Origin: an uncultured Planctomycetales bacterium
Lineage (GTDB): Bacteria; Planctomycetota; Phycisphaerae; UBA1845; Fen-1342
Assembly (NCBI GenBank): GCA_964629745.1
Contig: CAZVRR010000002.1
Span: 1 to 33,490 of the forward strand
Direction of reading: 5' to 3'
Length of the DNA stretch: 33,490 nt
The first letter of the stretch is position 1, and each line of letters begins with the position of its first letter. This document shows, one piece after another, positions 10,421 through 19,900 of the stretch. The translations under genes were made by a program, and so were the position numbers. The notes under the pieces are model-generated. The model searched no databases. It was given only the letters and a program-made list of their open reading frames with translations, and was not told the origin of the DNA.

Positions 10421-10749
10421 CCGCGCGGCAGTTGATCGATCTTTGCCGCCAGGATGAAGTCGCTTTGGGTTAGTCCGTCGATCTTGTGCGTCCAGATTTC
10501 AATTCCTACTTTGCCCCAGGCCAGGTAGAGGTCCGGGTGGTGCCCCTCGGCTTCGGCGAGGGCGCCCACCCGGTTGACGAACGCCAGGGCGCCGGCGAAA
10601 TCGTCGAACCGGAAGTTCTTGCGCAGGTGGTGTTCTTCCACCACCTCCCAGTTGTCGAGTTGACCCTGCATCTCGCGCAGGCGCTCGCCCTTGAGGGCGG
10701 GAACGCCGCCGCGGCAGGGCACGCATTTCATCGCTGCCAGTTCCGACAT
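10417..10749 (-). CDS. 4a-hydroxytetrahydrobiopterin (pterin-4a-carbinolamine) dehydratase
   Basis: The PCD/DCoH signature is present: W......L.K.F.F.DF..A..F...V...AE...HHPD......V.I.L.TH. ATG 10749 has GGGAGG 7 nt upstream. In-frame ATGs at 10764 and 10773 are alternative starts. Confidence 0.88.
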   Translation of the reverse strand: MSELAAMKCVPCRGGVPALKGERLREMQGQLDNWEVVEEHHLRKNFRFDDFAGALAFVNRVGALAEAEGHHPDLYLAWGKVGIEIWTHKIDGLTQSDFILAAKIDQLPRG

Positions 10750-10784
10750 CGTACTACCTCCCATTCGGCCCATTGCGACACAGG

Positions 10785-10790
10785 ATTCTA
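10785..10790 (-). promoter_or_regulatory. -10-like TAGAAT upstream of the pterin dehydratase gene
   Basis: The minus strand reads gggTAGAATcctgtgtcgcaATGggccgaATGggaggtagtacgATG. The element lies in the 67-nt gap after the permease stop. Confidence 0.4.
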
Positions 10791-10816
10791 CCCGGCCCGG
10801 CCCCTGATGCGACGTG

Positions 10817-12040
10817 TCAGCCGCCCAGGGCGCTGCGCAGGGCCAGCCAGGCGCCGGCCAGCGCAAGTGTCGCCACTGTCACCGGGATGCCGGCGCGGGC
10901 GTGCGTGCGCCAACCGATGTGCACGCCCAGTCGATCCGCCTGCTCGACCACGATGATGTTCGCGATGCTGCCGACGGTCAGCAGGTTGCCCGCGAGCGTG
11001 CTGGACAGGGCGAGCACCGGCCCGGCCAGGGGGTGGTGGGCCAACGGAAGAAGCAGCATGACCGCGGGGACATTGGATACCAGGTTCGACAGGACGGCGG
11101 CCAGGATGAACAGCGGTGCAGGTGCGTCCGGCGCGAGTCCGGCGCGCGCCAGCGCCTCTGCCGCGGCCGTCAGCCCGCCGGCCGCCTGGAAGGCGTGGTT
11201 CACGATGAACAGGCCGAAAAACAGCACGAGCAGGTGCCAGTCGATGAGCCCGAGGAATTCGCGGGAGGCCATCTTCCGGCTCAGCAGCAGCACCCCGCCC
11301 GCCGCGAGCGCGACAATTTCGCGCGGCCAGGGGGCCAGGAGGAAGATCGTGATCAGCGCGCCGAGCACGAGGCTGCCCTTGAGCGTCTGCCAGCGATTGG
11401 CGGGTCGGGCCGGCAGGGCGGGCACCGTGCCATGCCAGTGCCAGCGACCGCGGTACAGGCCGGCGAGAATGGCCCACGTCGCGGCCAGTCCCGCCACGGA
11501 CGGTACGACGGCATCGAGCAGGTAACCCGCAAACGGCAGGTTGAGCGACTGCCCGATCAGCATGTTCTGCGGATTGCCGATCAGCGTGGCCGCCGAGCCC
11601 ACGTTCGCGGCGCAGGCCAGGCCCAGCAGGTACGGCACCGGATGCAAGCCGCGCCGGGCGCAGCCCTCGACCAGCAGCGGCGCCATGGCCAGGCAGACGA
11701 TGTCATTGGCCAGCACCGCCGACAGCGCGCCCACGACGGCGACCAGCAGGCCGAGGAGCGCCGGGGGCGACACGCGCGCGCCGGCGAGCATGCGCGTGAG
11801 GCTGGAATAGGTGCCGCTCAGGCGGAACTGCGCGGACACCACCATCAGGCCGAAGAGCAGTCCGATGGTGGTGACGTCGACGGCGTCCCGCGCCGCGGCC
11901 GGGGTGACGCGGCCGCAGGCGAGCAGGGTGATCGCGCCCAGCAGGGCCACGCCGGCCCGGTCCAGGGCCAGCCCCGGGATGCCGCCCAGCAGCATGCCCA
12001 GGTATACGAACGCGAAAATCACGAGAACCAGCGGATCCAC
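10817..12040 (-). CDS. Ion-transporter superfamily permease (ArsB/NhaD / SLC13-like anion permease)
   Basis: The protein is hydrophobic and multi-helix throughout, and resembles the ArsB/NhaD-CitMHS permease family as I recall it. The track start (12151) would overlap lipA, so I use the in-frame GTG at 12040, 20 nt after the lipA stop. Confidence 0.75.
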   Translation of the reverse strand: MDPLVLVIFAFVYLGMLLGGIPGLALDRAGVALLGAITLLACGRVTPAAARDAVDVTTIGLLFGLMVVSAQFRLSGTYSSLTRMLAGARVSPPALLGLLVAVVGALSAVLANDIVCLAMAPLLVEGCARRGLHPVPYLLGLACAANVGSAATLIGNPQNMLIGQSLNLPFAGYLLDAVVPSVAGLAATWAILAGLYRGRWHWHGTVPALPARPANRWQTLKGSLVLGALITIFLLAPWPREIVALAAGGVLLLSRKMASREFLGLIDWHLLVLFFGLFIVNHAFQAAGGLTAAAEALARAGLAPDAPAPLFILAAVLSNLVSNVPAVMLLLPLAHHPLAGPVLALSSTLAGNLLTVGSIANIIVVEQADRLGVHIGWRTHARAGIPVTVATLALAGAWLALRSALGG

Positions 12041-12060
12041 GGGCCGCCCCGGCGCCGCAC

Positions 12061-12978
12061 CTAGCCCTGCTGGTACAGCGTCTCCGCGAAGTAACTGCTG
12101 CGCACAAACGGGCCGCTCGCAACGGCCGCGAAGCCGAGCTCCTTGGCGCACTCGGCCAGCTCGGCGAATTCATCGGGCGGGTAATACCGTTCCACGGGCA
12201 CGTGGCTGTCGCCGTGCCCGGGCTTGAGATATTGACCGATGGTCAGCAGGTCGCAGTCGGCCGCGCGCAGGTCGCGGAACGTCTGAAGCAGTTCCGCGCG
12301 CGTCTCTCCGATGCCGACCATGATGCCGCTCTTCGTCCGCATCGTGGGTCGCAACTGCTTCGCGACGCGCAGCGTGTTGAGGCTGCGCTCGTACTTGCCC
12401 TGCGGCCGCACGCGTTTCTGCTGGCTGGCGACCACTTCGATGTTGTGGTTGAACACCTCGGGCGCGGCCTGGGCGACCACGTCGACGCACTCGGGGCGGG
12501 CGTGGAAGTCCGGCACGAGCACCTCGATCGTGCTCTCGGGCAGCCGGCTGCGCACGGCCTGGATGCAGGCGGCGAAATGGCCGGCCCCCTCGTCATCCAA
12601 ATCGTCGCGGGCCACCGACGTGATCACCACGTGCCGCAAATTCAGGTGCGCCGCCGCCTCGGCCAGGCGCTGCGGTTCCGCTGCGTCCGGCGGGTCGGGG
12701 CGGGCGGTGTGCACCGCGCAGAAACGGCAGCGACGCGTGCACTTGTCGCCCAGGATCATGAAGGTCGCCGTGCGGCGCGACCAGCACTCGGTCAGGTTGG
12801 GACAGCGTGCCTCGACGCACACCGTGTTCAGTTGCAGGCCGTTGATCAGGCGGCGCGTGTGCAGCATCGCCTCGGCGATCGGCGCGGGCCGCTTGAGCCA
12901 TGGCGGCAGTCGACGCTGTCGGGCTCCGGGCGGAGTCGTCTCCGCAGGGAGTACGGGGAGGGACTTCGAGACTTCCAT
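12061..12978 (-). CDS. lipA: Lipoyl synthase
   Basis: Both LipA cysteine clusters are present: CPNLTECW (auxiliary cluster) and the radical-SAM CTRRCRFC. PPWLKRP and the SGIMVGIGET motif are also present. Confidence 0.93.
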   Translation of the reverse strand: MEVSKSLPVLPAETTPPGARQRRLPPWLKRPAPIAEAMLHTRRLINGLQLNTVCVEARCPNLTECWSRRTATFMILGDKCTRRCRFCAVHTARPDPPDAAEPQRLAEAAAHLNLRHVVITSVARDDLDDEGAGHFAACIQAVRSRLPESTIEVLVPDFHARPECVDVVAQAAPEVFNHNIEVVASQQKRVRPQGKYERSLNTLRVAKQLRPTMRTKSGIMVGIGETRAELLQTFRDLRAADCDLLTIGQYLKPGHGDSHVPVERYYPPDEFAELAECAKELGFAAVASGPFVRSSYFAETLYQQG

Positions 12979-12984
12979 CCTGCA

Positions 12985-12990
12985 ATTCTA
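12985..12990 (-). promoter_or_regulatory. -10-like TAGAAT, 6 nt upstream of the lipA ATG (candidate leaderless promoter)
   Basis: The minus strand reads gcccTAGAATtgcaggATGgaa. TTGGCG lies 18 nt further upstream. Confidence 0.4.
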
Positions 12991-13074
12991 GGGCCACGGC
13001 GGGCTCCCCGCCAAGCACGGCGGTCGGATGGCGCCAGCGATTGCCGGCGGGGCTTCCCCTGCGGCCGCTGGGGG

Positions 13075-13845
13075 CTATTGGAGCAGCGGGAGGACGGCTT
13101 CGTGGAGATGGCCGTTGCTGCCGACGACCGAGCGGGAGGTGTGGGTGGCGCGGCCGGTCCAGTCGGTGAAGCGCCCCCCGGCTTCCGTGACCACCGGCAG
13201 CAGGGCCGCGCTGTCCCAGATGTTCATGATCGGGTCGACCACGACGTCGGCGCGGCCGGTCGCGAGGCAGGCGTAACCGTATGCATCGGCCCAGCCGCGA
13301 TCGGTGAGACAGGCAGCGCGGAGCCGGGCGAAGGCGCGGCCGAGACCTTGCTGCTCGAAGAGCGTTACGCACGTGACCGAGAGCCGGGCTTGCGCCAGGT
13401 CGTGCTGCGCCGAGACGCGCGCCCGCCGGCCGTTCCACCAGCAGCCGATCCCGCGGCCGGCGTAGACCGTCTCCCGCAGTGCGGGCAGGTGGATCACGCC
13501 GGCGAGCATCTCGCCGCGCCATTCGAAGCCCACCAGCACGCTGTACAGCGGCACGCCGGAGAGAAAGGAGAACGTGCCATCGATCGGATCGAGAATCCAG
13601 CGTGCCGGGACGCTGCCGGGCTGCGCGCCGAATTCCTCGCCCAGAATTCCGTGCGTGGGATACGCCGCGCGGATGCGGGTGCGCAACAGCTCTTCCGCGC
13701 CGCGATCCGCGATCGACACGGGCGAGCGGTCCGCCTTCAGCTCGTAAGGCGGGCTGGCGCCGAAGTAGCCCAGCGTGAGCGTTCCGGCCAGTTGCGCCGC
13801 CTCGACCGCGAACTCGAGAATTTCCCGCACGTCCGGCTGGTCCAT
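13075..13845 (-). CDS. Inositol monophosphatase family protein, HisN-like histidinol-phosphatase
   Basis: IMPase motifs seen: SPVSIADRGAE, ILGEEFG, WILDPIDGT and WDSAALLPVVTEAGG. The WADAYGYACLATGRADVVVD segment resembles the HisN subfamily more than SuhB. I moved the start to ATG 13845 (MDQPDVREI). Confidence 0.82.
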   Translation of the reverse strand: MDQPDVREILEFAVEAAQLAGTLTLGYFGASPPYELKADRSPVSIADRGAEELLRTRIRAAYPTHGILGEEFGAQPGSVPARWILDPIDGTFSFLSGVPLYSVLVGFEWRGEMLAGVIHLPALRETVYAGRGIGCWWNGRRARVSAQHDLAQARLSVTCVTLFEQQGLGRAFARLRAACLTDRGWADAYGYACLATGRADVVVDPIMNIWDSAALLPVVTEAGGRFTDWTGRATHTSRSVVGSNGHLHEAVLPLLQ

Positions 13846-13930
13846 CCTGCGTTTCCCGTGCTGGCCGCATTCTCGCGCGGGCGGGCCGCCGGTCAAGCAC
13901 ACCGCCAGCGCCGGCCGCCCGCCGCGCGGT

Positions 13931-13936
13931 TAGAAT
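13931..13936 (+). promoter_or_regulatory. -10-like TAGAAT upstream of the 13972 gene
   Basis: The sequence reads cggtTAGAATccggcgccgATG..., and the first ATG (13946) opens a 9-codon uORF. The main ATG at 13972 has GGAG upstream. Confidence 0.4.
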
Positions 13937-13971
13937 CCGGCGCCGATGACCCCTGCGGCGCGGAGAGCGGC

Positions 13972-14730
13972 ATGAACGACTCGCAACTGAACCTGGCCGG
14001 GGTGCCGGCCGCGCGACAGGCCGACGTGGCGGTGTTGGGCGAGCGCATGCGCGAACTGGCCGGCGAGTCGCTGCTGGCGCTGGTCGCCTACGGCAGTTGG
14101 CTGCTCGAGGACCCGGGCGCGGCGGATGCGCCGGCGCGGACCGTGCTCGTGCTGGCCCATGCCGACCTGCCGGCATTGCACCGGATGGCCCGAGAGGGCG
14201 GGCGGCTCGGTCGGCGCGGTCTGGCTGCCCCGCTGACGGTCACGCCCGAGTACCTCCACGCCTCGCTCGACGTCTTTCCGCTGGAGTTCCTGGAGATCCA
14301 GCAGGTGCACCAGTGTCTCTGGGGGACCGACCACTTCGCCGGCCTCACGTTTGACCCGTTGCACGTGCGGCTTGCCTGCGAGCGCGAGCTCAAGAGCGAG
14401 CTGATCCAGTTGCGGCAGGAGCTCCTGGTCGCCCGCGGACGGGCGCGCGCGCTCCACGCCGCCTGTGTGGCGGCGGCGGAGCGCGCCACCCGCATCGCGC
14501 GGGGCTACCTCCACCTGCGCGGCAAGGAGTTGCCGACCCTGGCCGGTGATCTGCTGACCGCGGCCGCGGGCGCCAGCGGCGTCGGGCTGCCGGCCCTGCA
14601 ACGGGCGCTGCAGCCGAAGGCGCGGCTGGATTTCTCGGACTTCCAGCGCTGCTACGGCGAAATCGAGGCCCTGGCGAACCACCTGGATCATTTCCGGCAG
14701 ACCGTCGCGGACGCCCGCCTGGGGCCGTGA
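13972..14730 (+). CDS. Hypothetical protein (possible nucleotidyltransferase-fold N-terminus)
   Basis: Only the 3' third of the 842-aa track ORF has a plausible start: ATG 13972 with GGAG upstream. The rest of that ORF is antisense to lipA and the IMPase-family gene. The sequence LLALVAYGSWL...PLEFLEIQ is reminiscent of minimal nucleotidyltransferase-like proteins. Family assignment is weak. Confidence 0.65.
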   Translation: MNDSQLNLAGVPAARQADVAVLGERMRELAGESLLALVAYGSWLLEDPGAADAPARTVLVLAHADLPALHRMAREGGRLGRRGLAAPLTVTPEYLHASLDVFPLEFLEIQQVHQCLWGTDHFAGLTFDPLHVRLACERELKSELIQLRQELLVARGRARALHAACVAAAERATRIARGYLHLRGKELPTLAGDLLTAAAGASGVGLPALQRALQPKARLDFSDFQRCYGEIEALANHLDHFRQTVADARLGP

Positions 14731-14774
14731 TCCCCGTCGTGGCTGTCCGGCACGCCGCTTTCGGTCTCGCGTCC

Positions 14775-14802
14775 TTGTCTTGACCCCGCAATCCTTTATG
14801 AT
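14775..14802 (+). promoter_or_regulatory. Sigma-70-like promoter candidate upstream of the PpiD-like gene
   Basis: TTGTCT, a 16-nt spacer, then TATGAT (5/6 match to TATAAT), about 60 nt before ATG 14863. It is located by eye only. Confidence 0.25.
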
Positions 14803-14862
14803 AGCCCGTTCTGGCGCCGTCCGGGGCGCCCGCGACGAACCCTGGGCTCGTAGGACCGTTGT

Positions 14863-16839
14863 ATGCGTCTGAACAAGTTTTTCCGCCGGTATACCCGCAC
14901 GCTGCTGATGATCTTCATGTCATTGCTGCTCGTCACGTTCCTGCTGGGGGATGTGCTGCAGAGCGCCATGACGAACCGCGGCAGCTCGGAAATCAAGCTG
15001 GGGACCTCGCGCTTCGGCGACGTCGACTCCAAGCTGGTGAGCGAGGCGCGCGCCAAGCAGGATATCCTGCGGATCCTGGGCTTCAGCGAAGTCGATTTCC
15101 TCGATGCGCTCGACATGTATCTGCTGATCGAGGAAGCGCGCGAGATCGGCGTGCGGATCGGGCATGGCCAGGTCGAGCGACACCTGGTGAACGTGTTCGG
15201 GCCGCAGGCCCAGGACCGACTGGAGCTCGCACAGAAGCGCACCGGCCGCAGCTACCCGGATCTCAAGCAGGTGGCCGCGGACTGGCTGGCCGTGCAACAG
15301 CTCATCATGGCACAAGCCGAGGCGCTGGGTGAAAGCCTGCCGCGCGCGGAGCTGGCCTTTCGCGACCGGAATGAGCGGGCCGACCTCGACGTCGTGGCGA
15401 TCGATGCGCGGGCGTTCCTGAGCCGCGTGCCCGAGCCGAGCGAGGACGAGCTGCAGGCGCTCTTCGACGAAGGCCGCGACCGGTTCACGGCCCATACCGA
15501 TGACGCGCTGGTGTTCGGCTACAAGTATCCCGACCGCGTGCGGCTGGAAGTGCTGACCGTGGATCCGCAGAAGGCCGAAGCGAAGGTGCGCATCCGCGAA
15601 CGCGACGTCGAGAAGTTCTTTGAAGAGCACCAGTCGAAATACAGCAAGCCGGGGCCCATGCCGGCCACGGCGCCGCTGAACCCCGCCGACCGAACTCGAG
15701 TGCAGATGACCTTCGACGAAGCGCGCGAGCAGGTGCGCAAGGACTACCGCATGTCCCGCGCCATCCTCGAAGCGCAGAGCCAGGTGAACGAGATGCGCTC
15801 CCGGGCCTGCGAGGCCTGGCAGGCCCAGCCGCTGGGCGAAGACCAGTTCCGCGTACCGCCGCCGGCCGACCAGATCGTGCCCTTCACGCAGGTGCGCGAC
15901 CTGTTCGCCGACAAGCTGGAAGTAACGTACGAAGCGACGGAGCTGCTCAGCCAGGACGAGCTCGCAGCGCATTTCTCGGGCATGCCCGGCGGAATGCGCG
16001 GGGGCCGCACGCTCGAGCCGATGTACGTCGAGGGGCGCACGACCACGCCCATGTCCGAGCTGGCCATGCGGGTGAAGGGGCTGTACACGCCCACTCCGGA
16101 CCAGCGGGATCGCCTGCCCTACACCAACGTGCTGGAGCCCGGCCCGGTCCTGCAAAGCCGCAAGTACATCGCCGCCACGGGGCAGCAGGATGCGCCGTAC
16201 CAGTCCTACGTCTACCGCGTGCTCGAGGTGCAGCCGTCGGCTGCCCCCGCGTCGCTGGCCGAAGTGCGCGAGAAGGTCGTCGCCGACTGGAAGCTGCGCA
16301 AGGCCTACGAGATGGCCGGTGCGGCGGCGAACCAGCTCGCGGAGCAGGCCCGCACGCTGGGCCTCGTGGCCGCCGCGGACCAAGCCACGGAACTCAAGTC
16401 CATCCTCGGCGAGGCGGATGCCGCCGCAACGCAGCCGGCGACGGGTACCGACACGCTGCGCGCGGCCCCCGCGACGTACGTGCGTTCGTTTGGCCCGAAC
16501 CACCCGGCCCAGCCGTTGAGCCGCGTTTCGAACTCGCTCCAGATCCTCGGCACGGACATCGCGAAGGTCCGTGACCAGGTGTTCGCAGCGCTCGCGGAGC
16601 CGGCCGCGGATCACCGCGTGGTGACGGTCGACCAGCCGACGCAGTCGCGCTGGGTAATCGCGGAGGTGCGCGAAGTGAAGCCGGCCTATGCCGGCGCGTT
16701 CGAAAAGGAGCGCGGCCAGTTTCTGAGCGCTGATCGCAACGACCTCAGTTCGCTCTACATGAGCTGGATCGTGCCGAGCAACGTGCGGCAGCGCGCCCAC
16801 TACGTGGCGGACGGGGCGGCGACCGACAGCGGTCAGTGA
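14863..16839 (+). CDS. Membrane-anchored periplasmic chaperone, PpiD/SurA-N-like (no parvulin motif seen)
   Basis: The N-terminal anchor reads RRYTRTLLMIFMSLLLVTFLLG. A SurA-N-like helical region follows, and the overall length and C-terminal region resemble PpiD. I could not find a rotamase GGxLG-type motif. Confidence 0.7.
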   Translation: MRLNKFFRRYTRTLLMIFMSLLLVTFLLGDVLQSAMTNRGSSEIKLGTSRFGDVDSKLVSEARAKQDILRILGFSEVDFLDALDMYLLIEEAREIGVRIGHGQVERHLVNVFGPQAQDRLELAQKRTGRSYPDLKQVAADWLAVQQLIMAQAEALGESLPRAELAFRDRNERADLDVVAIDARAFLSRVPEPSEDELQALFDEGRDRFTAHTDDALVFGYKYPDRVRLEVLTVDPQKAEAKVRIRERDVEKFFEEHQSKYSKPGPMPATAPLNPADRTRVQMTFDEAREQVRKDYRMSRAILEAQSQVNEMRSRACEAWQAQPLGEDQFRVPPPADQIVPFTQVRDLFADKLEVTYEATELLSQDELAAHFSGMPGGMRGGRTLEPMYVEGRTTTPMSELAMRVKGLYTPTPDQRDRLPYTNVLEPGPVLQSRKYIAATGQQDAPYQSYVYRVLEVQPSAAPASLAEVREKVVADWKLRKAYEMAGAAANQLAEQARTLGLVAAADQATELKSILGEADAAATQPATGTDTLRAAPATYVRSFGPNHPAQPLSRVSNSLQILGTDIAKVRDQVFAALAEPAADHRVVTVDQPTQSRWVIAEVREVKPAYAGAFEKERGQFLSADRNDLSSLYMSWIVPSNVRQRAHYVADGAATDSGQ

Positions 16840-16926
16840 GCCGGGCCCGCGGGACGCCGGCGCCGCGCGGTACGCACGCCGGCCGGGCGGTCTCGCGGCC
16901 GGACCGGTGAAGCAGGGCGTCACGCG

Positions 16927-19900
16927 ATGAGCGCCATCTACGATTTCCGTGAACTCGAGCCCCGCTGGCAGAAGTGCTGGCAGGAGCGCCGCGCGTTTGC
17001 CGCGGACAATCCGCCGGCCGCGGGCAGCGCGCGTCCCAAGTTCTACATCCTGGACTTTTTCCCCTACCCCTCCGGCGCCGGGCTGCACGTCGGGCATCCG
17101 CTGGGCTACATCGCCTCGGACATCATCGCCCGGCACATGCGCATGCGCGGCTACAACGTCCTGCACCCGATGGGCTGGGACGCGTTCGGGCTGCCCGCCG
17201 AGCAATACGCGATCGAGACCGGGGTGCATCCGCGCGAGACGACGCGCCGCAACATCGCCACGTACAAGCGGCAGATGCAGCTCATCGGTCTGGGGTACGA
17301 CTGGGACCGCGAGCTGGCGACGTGCGACGAGGACTACTACCGCTGGACGCAGTGGATCTTCCTGCAGATTTACAACTCGTGGTACGACCCGGAGTGGCGC
17401 TGGACCGATTCCGCCGGCCGGCAGGTGGTCGGCGCCGCCCGCCCGATCGAGACGCTGCCGATTCCGCCCGAGCTGCGCGCCCGCGGCCCGCGCGCCGTCG
17501 CGGAATTCCAGGCCGACCACCGCCTGGCCTACCTGGCCGAGGTGCCGGTGAACTGGTGTCCCGCGCTGGGCACGGTGCTCTCGAACGAGGAAGTCACGAA
17601 CGAGGGCCGCAGCGAGCGCGGAAATCACCCGGTCTATCGCCGGCCGATGCGGCAGTGGATGCTGCGCATCACGGAATACGCCCAGCGGCTGCTCGATGAC
17701 CTGGAGGAACTCGACTGGCCCGAGCCGATCAAGCTCATGCAGCGCAACTGGATCGGCCGCAGCGAGGGCGCGTACGTCGACTTCCGCATCGACGCGCCCG
17801 GCGAGCTGGGGCAGCAGGTCATCCGCGTGTTCACGACGCGCCCGGACACGCTGTTCGGCGCCACCTACATGGTGCTGGCCCCGGAGCACCGCCTCGTCCC
17901 GATCATCACAACCAACACGTACCGTGACCTGGTGAACGCCTACGTGGCCCAGGCACGCACCAAGAGCGACCTCGACCGCACCGCCGACACGAAGACCAAG
18001 ACCGGCGTCTTCACGGGCGCGTTCGCGATCAACCCCGTCAACCGGCAGCGTGTGCCGATCTGGGTCGCCGACTACGTGCTGATGGGTTACGGCACCGGCT
18101 CGATCATGTCGGTCCCGGCCCATGACGACCGCGACTACGCGTTTGCGAAGGAGTTCCAGCTCCCAATCCGGGACGTGGTCTACCCGCCGCTGGTGGCCGC
18201 CATGGCCCAGTTCGCGCTCCACGCGCCGCCGGCGCTCCGCCAGGAGAGCACCTGGCGCGACGCGCTGGCCGCCTTCCTCGATCGACACCTGGCGGCAGAA
18301 GCACCGCCAGCCGCGGGCGCCCTGGACGACCTGCCGCCTGTGCGGGCCGGGGCCGCGACCGAGCTGTGCGCCGACCGGGCCCTGCGGCAGTTGCCGCGCG
18401 GGGTGGAGCGTCGCCTGGGTGCGTCGAATCTCCGCTGGGTCGACGTGTTCGACGTGCTCTCCCTGCATGGCTGGACGGAACTGCACGACTGCTTCGCGCG
18501 CGGCGAGTTCTATGCGCGCGTGGGCGAAGCGTTCACCGATTACGGCTGGAACGCGAATTCTCCGTCCGGCAGCGGCGAACACTTCACCGGCCAGGCCGAT
18601 TTGAACGGGTTGCCGACGGCGCAGGCCAAGCCGGCCATCACGCGCTGGCTCGAATCGTGCGACCTCGGCGAAGGGACGGTGCAGTACAAGCTTCGCGACT
18701 GGCTGTTCTCGCGGCAGCGCTACTGGGGCGAGCCGTTCCCGATCCTGTACGCTCCTGACGGCGCCATCGAACCGGTGCCGGCGGCCGAGTTGCCGGTCCG
18801 CCTGCCGGAAATGGAGGATTTCCGGCCGCAGACGAGCGACGACCCGAATGCCGAGCCGGCCACGCCGCTGTCGCGCGCCGCGCACTGGCAGAACGTGCCG
18901 CGGCCGGACGGCACGTACCGGCGCGAGCTGAACACGATGCCGCAGTGGGCGGGGTCGTGCTGGTACTACCTGCGCTTCTGCGACGCCCACAACGAGCAGG
19001 CATTCCTGTCGCGCGACGCCGAGCGCTACTGGCTGGGCGGCACGCGGCCCGACGGGCGTCCCAAGGTCGGCGGCGTCGACCTCTACATGGGCGGGGCCGA
19101 GCACGCCGTGCTGCACCTGCTCTACGCGCGCTTCTGGCACAAGGTCCTCTACGACCTGCGCGAACTCTCCACGCCCGAGCCGTTCCAGCAGCTCTTCAAC
19201 CAGGGCATGATCACCGCGTACGCCTACCAGGACGCGCGCGGCGTGTACGTGCATTACGACCTGATCGATTTCCGGGATGACGGCGCGTATCACAAGGAGA
19301 CCGGCGAGAAGCTCGTCGAAAGCGTCTCCAAGATGAGCAAGACGCTGCGCAACGTGGTCAACCCGGACCGGATCGTGGAGGAGTACGGCGCCGACACGCT
19401 GCGCCTGTACGAGATGTACATGGGGCCGCTCGAGGCCAGCAAGCCCTGGAACACGCGCGACATCATCGGCGTCCACCGCTTCCTGCAGCGCGTCTGGCGG
19501 CTCGTCGTGACCCCCGCGGACGAGAATCACCCGGAAGCGGGCTGGCGCCTGAATCCGCGCCTGGCCGACGCAGCCGATCCCGACCTCGAGCGGCTGCTGC
19601 ACAAGACCATCGCGAAGGTCGAGGCCGATCTGCGGCGCTTCGCGCTGAATACCGCCATCGCGCAGATGATCGTGTGGGTGAACGAGGCCCAGAAAGCGCC
19701 CTCAGTGGGCCGCGACCAGGTGGCGCGTTTCCTGCTCGTGCTGAGTCCGTTCGCGCCGCACATCTGCGAGGAGCTCTGGATGCGCCTGGGACACAGCGAA
19801 CCCCTGGCGCAGGCGCGCTGGCCGAGCTTCGATCCGGCCCTCGTCCGCGACGAGACGGTCGAAATCGCCGTCCAGGTCAACGGCAAGGTGAAGGCCCGCA

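Noticed and set aside
12202-13971. The 5' two-thirds of the 842-aa plus-strand ORF 12202-14730.
   Set aside because: This part is antisense to lipA and the IMPase-family gene. Only the portion from ATG 13972, which has its own GGAG, looks like a real gene.
16840-16926. A possible T-box or attenuator leader upstream of leuS, because a hairpin ccggccg...cggccgg is present.
   Set aside because: The leader is only 87 nt, far shorter than a T-box, and has no specifier/antiterminator architecture. The hairpin may simply terminate the upstream gene.
14920-19602. A 1560-aa minus-strand ORF that runs uninterrupted across the PpiD-like gene, the intergenic gap and most of leuS.
   Set aside because: It is exactly antisense to two genes with clear family signatures (HIGH/KMSKS in LeuS). 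Its translation is Arg/Ala/Gly/Val/Asp-rich with no recognisable motifs. Stop-free antisense frames are expected when the sense strand has about 90% GC at third positions. I treat it as an artefact.
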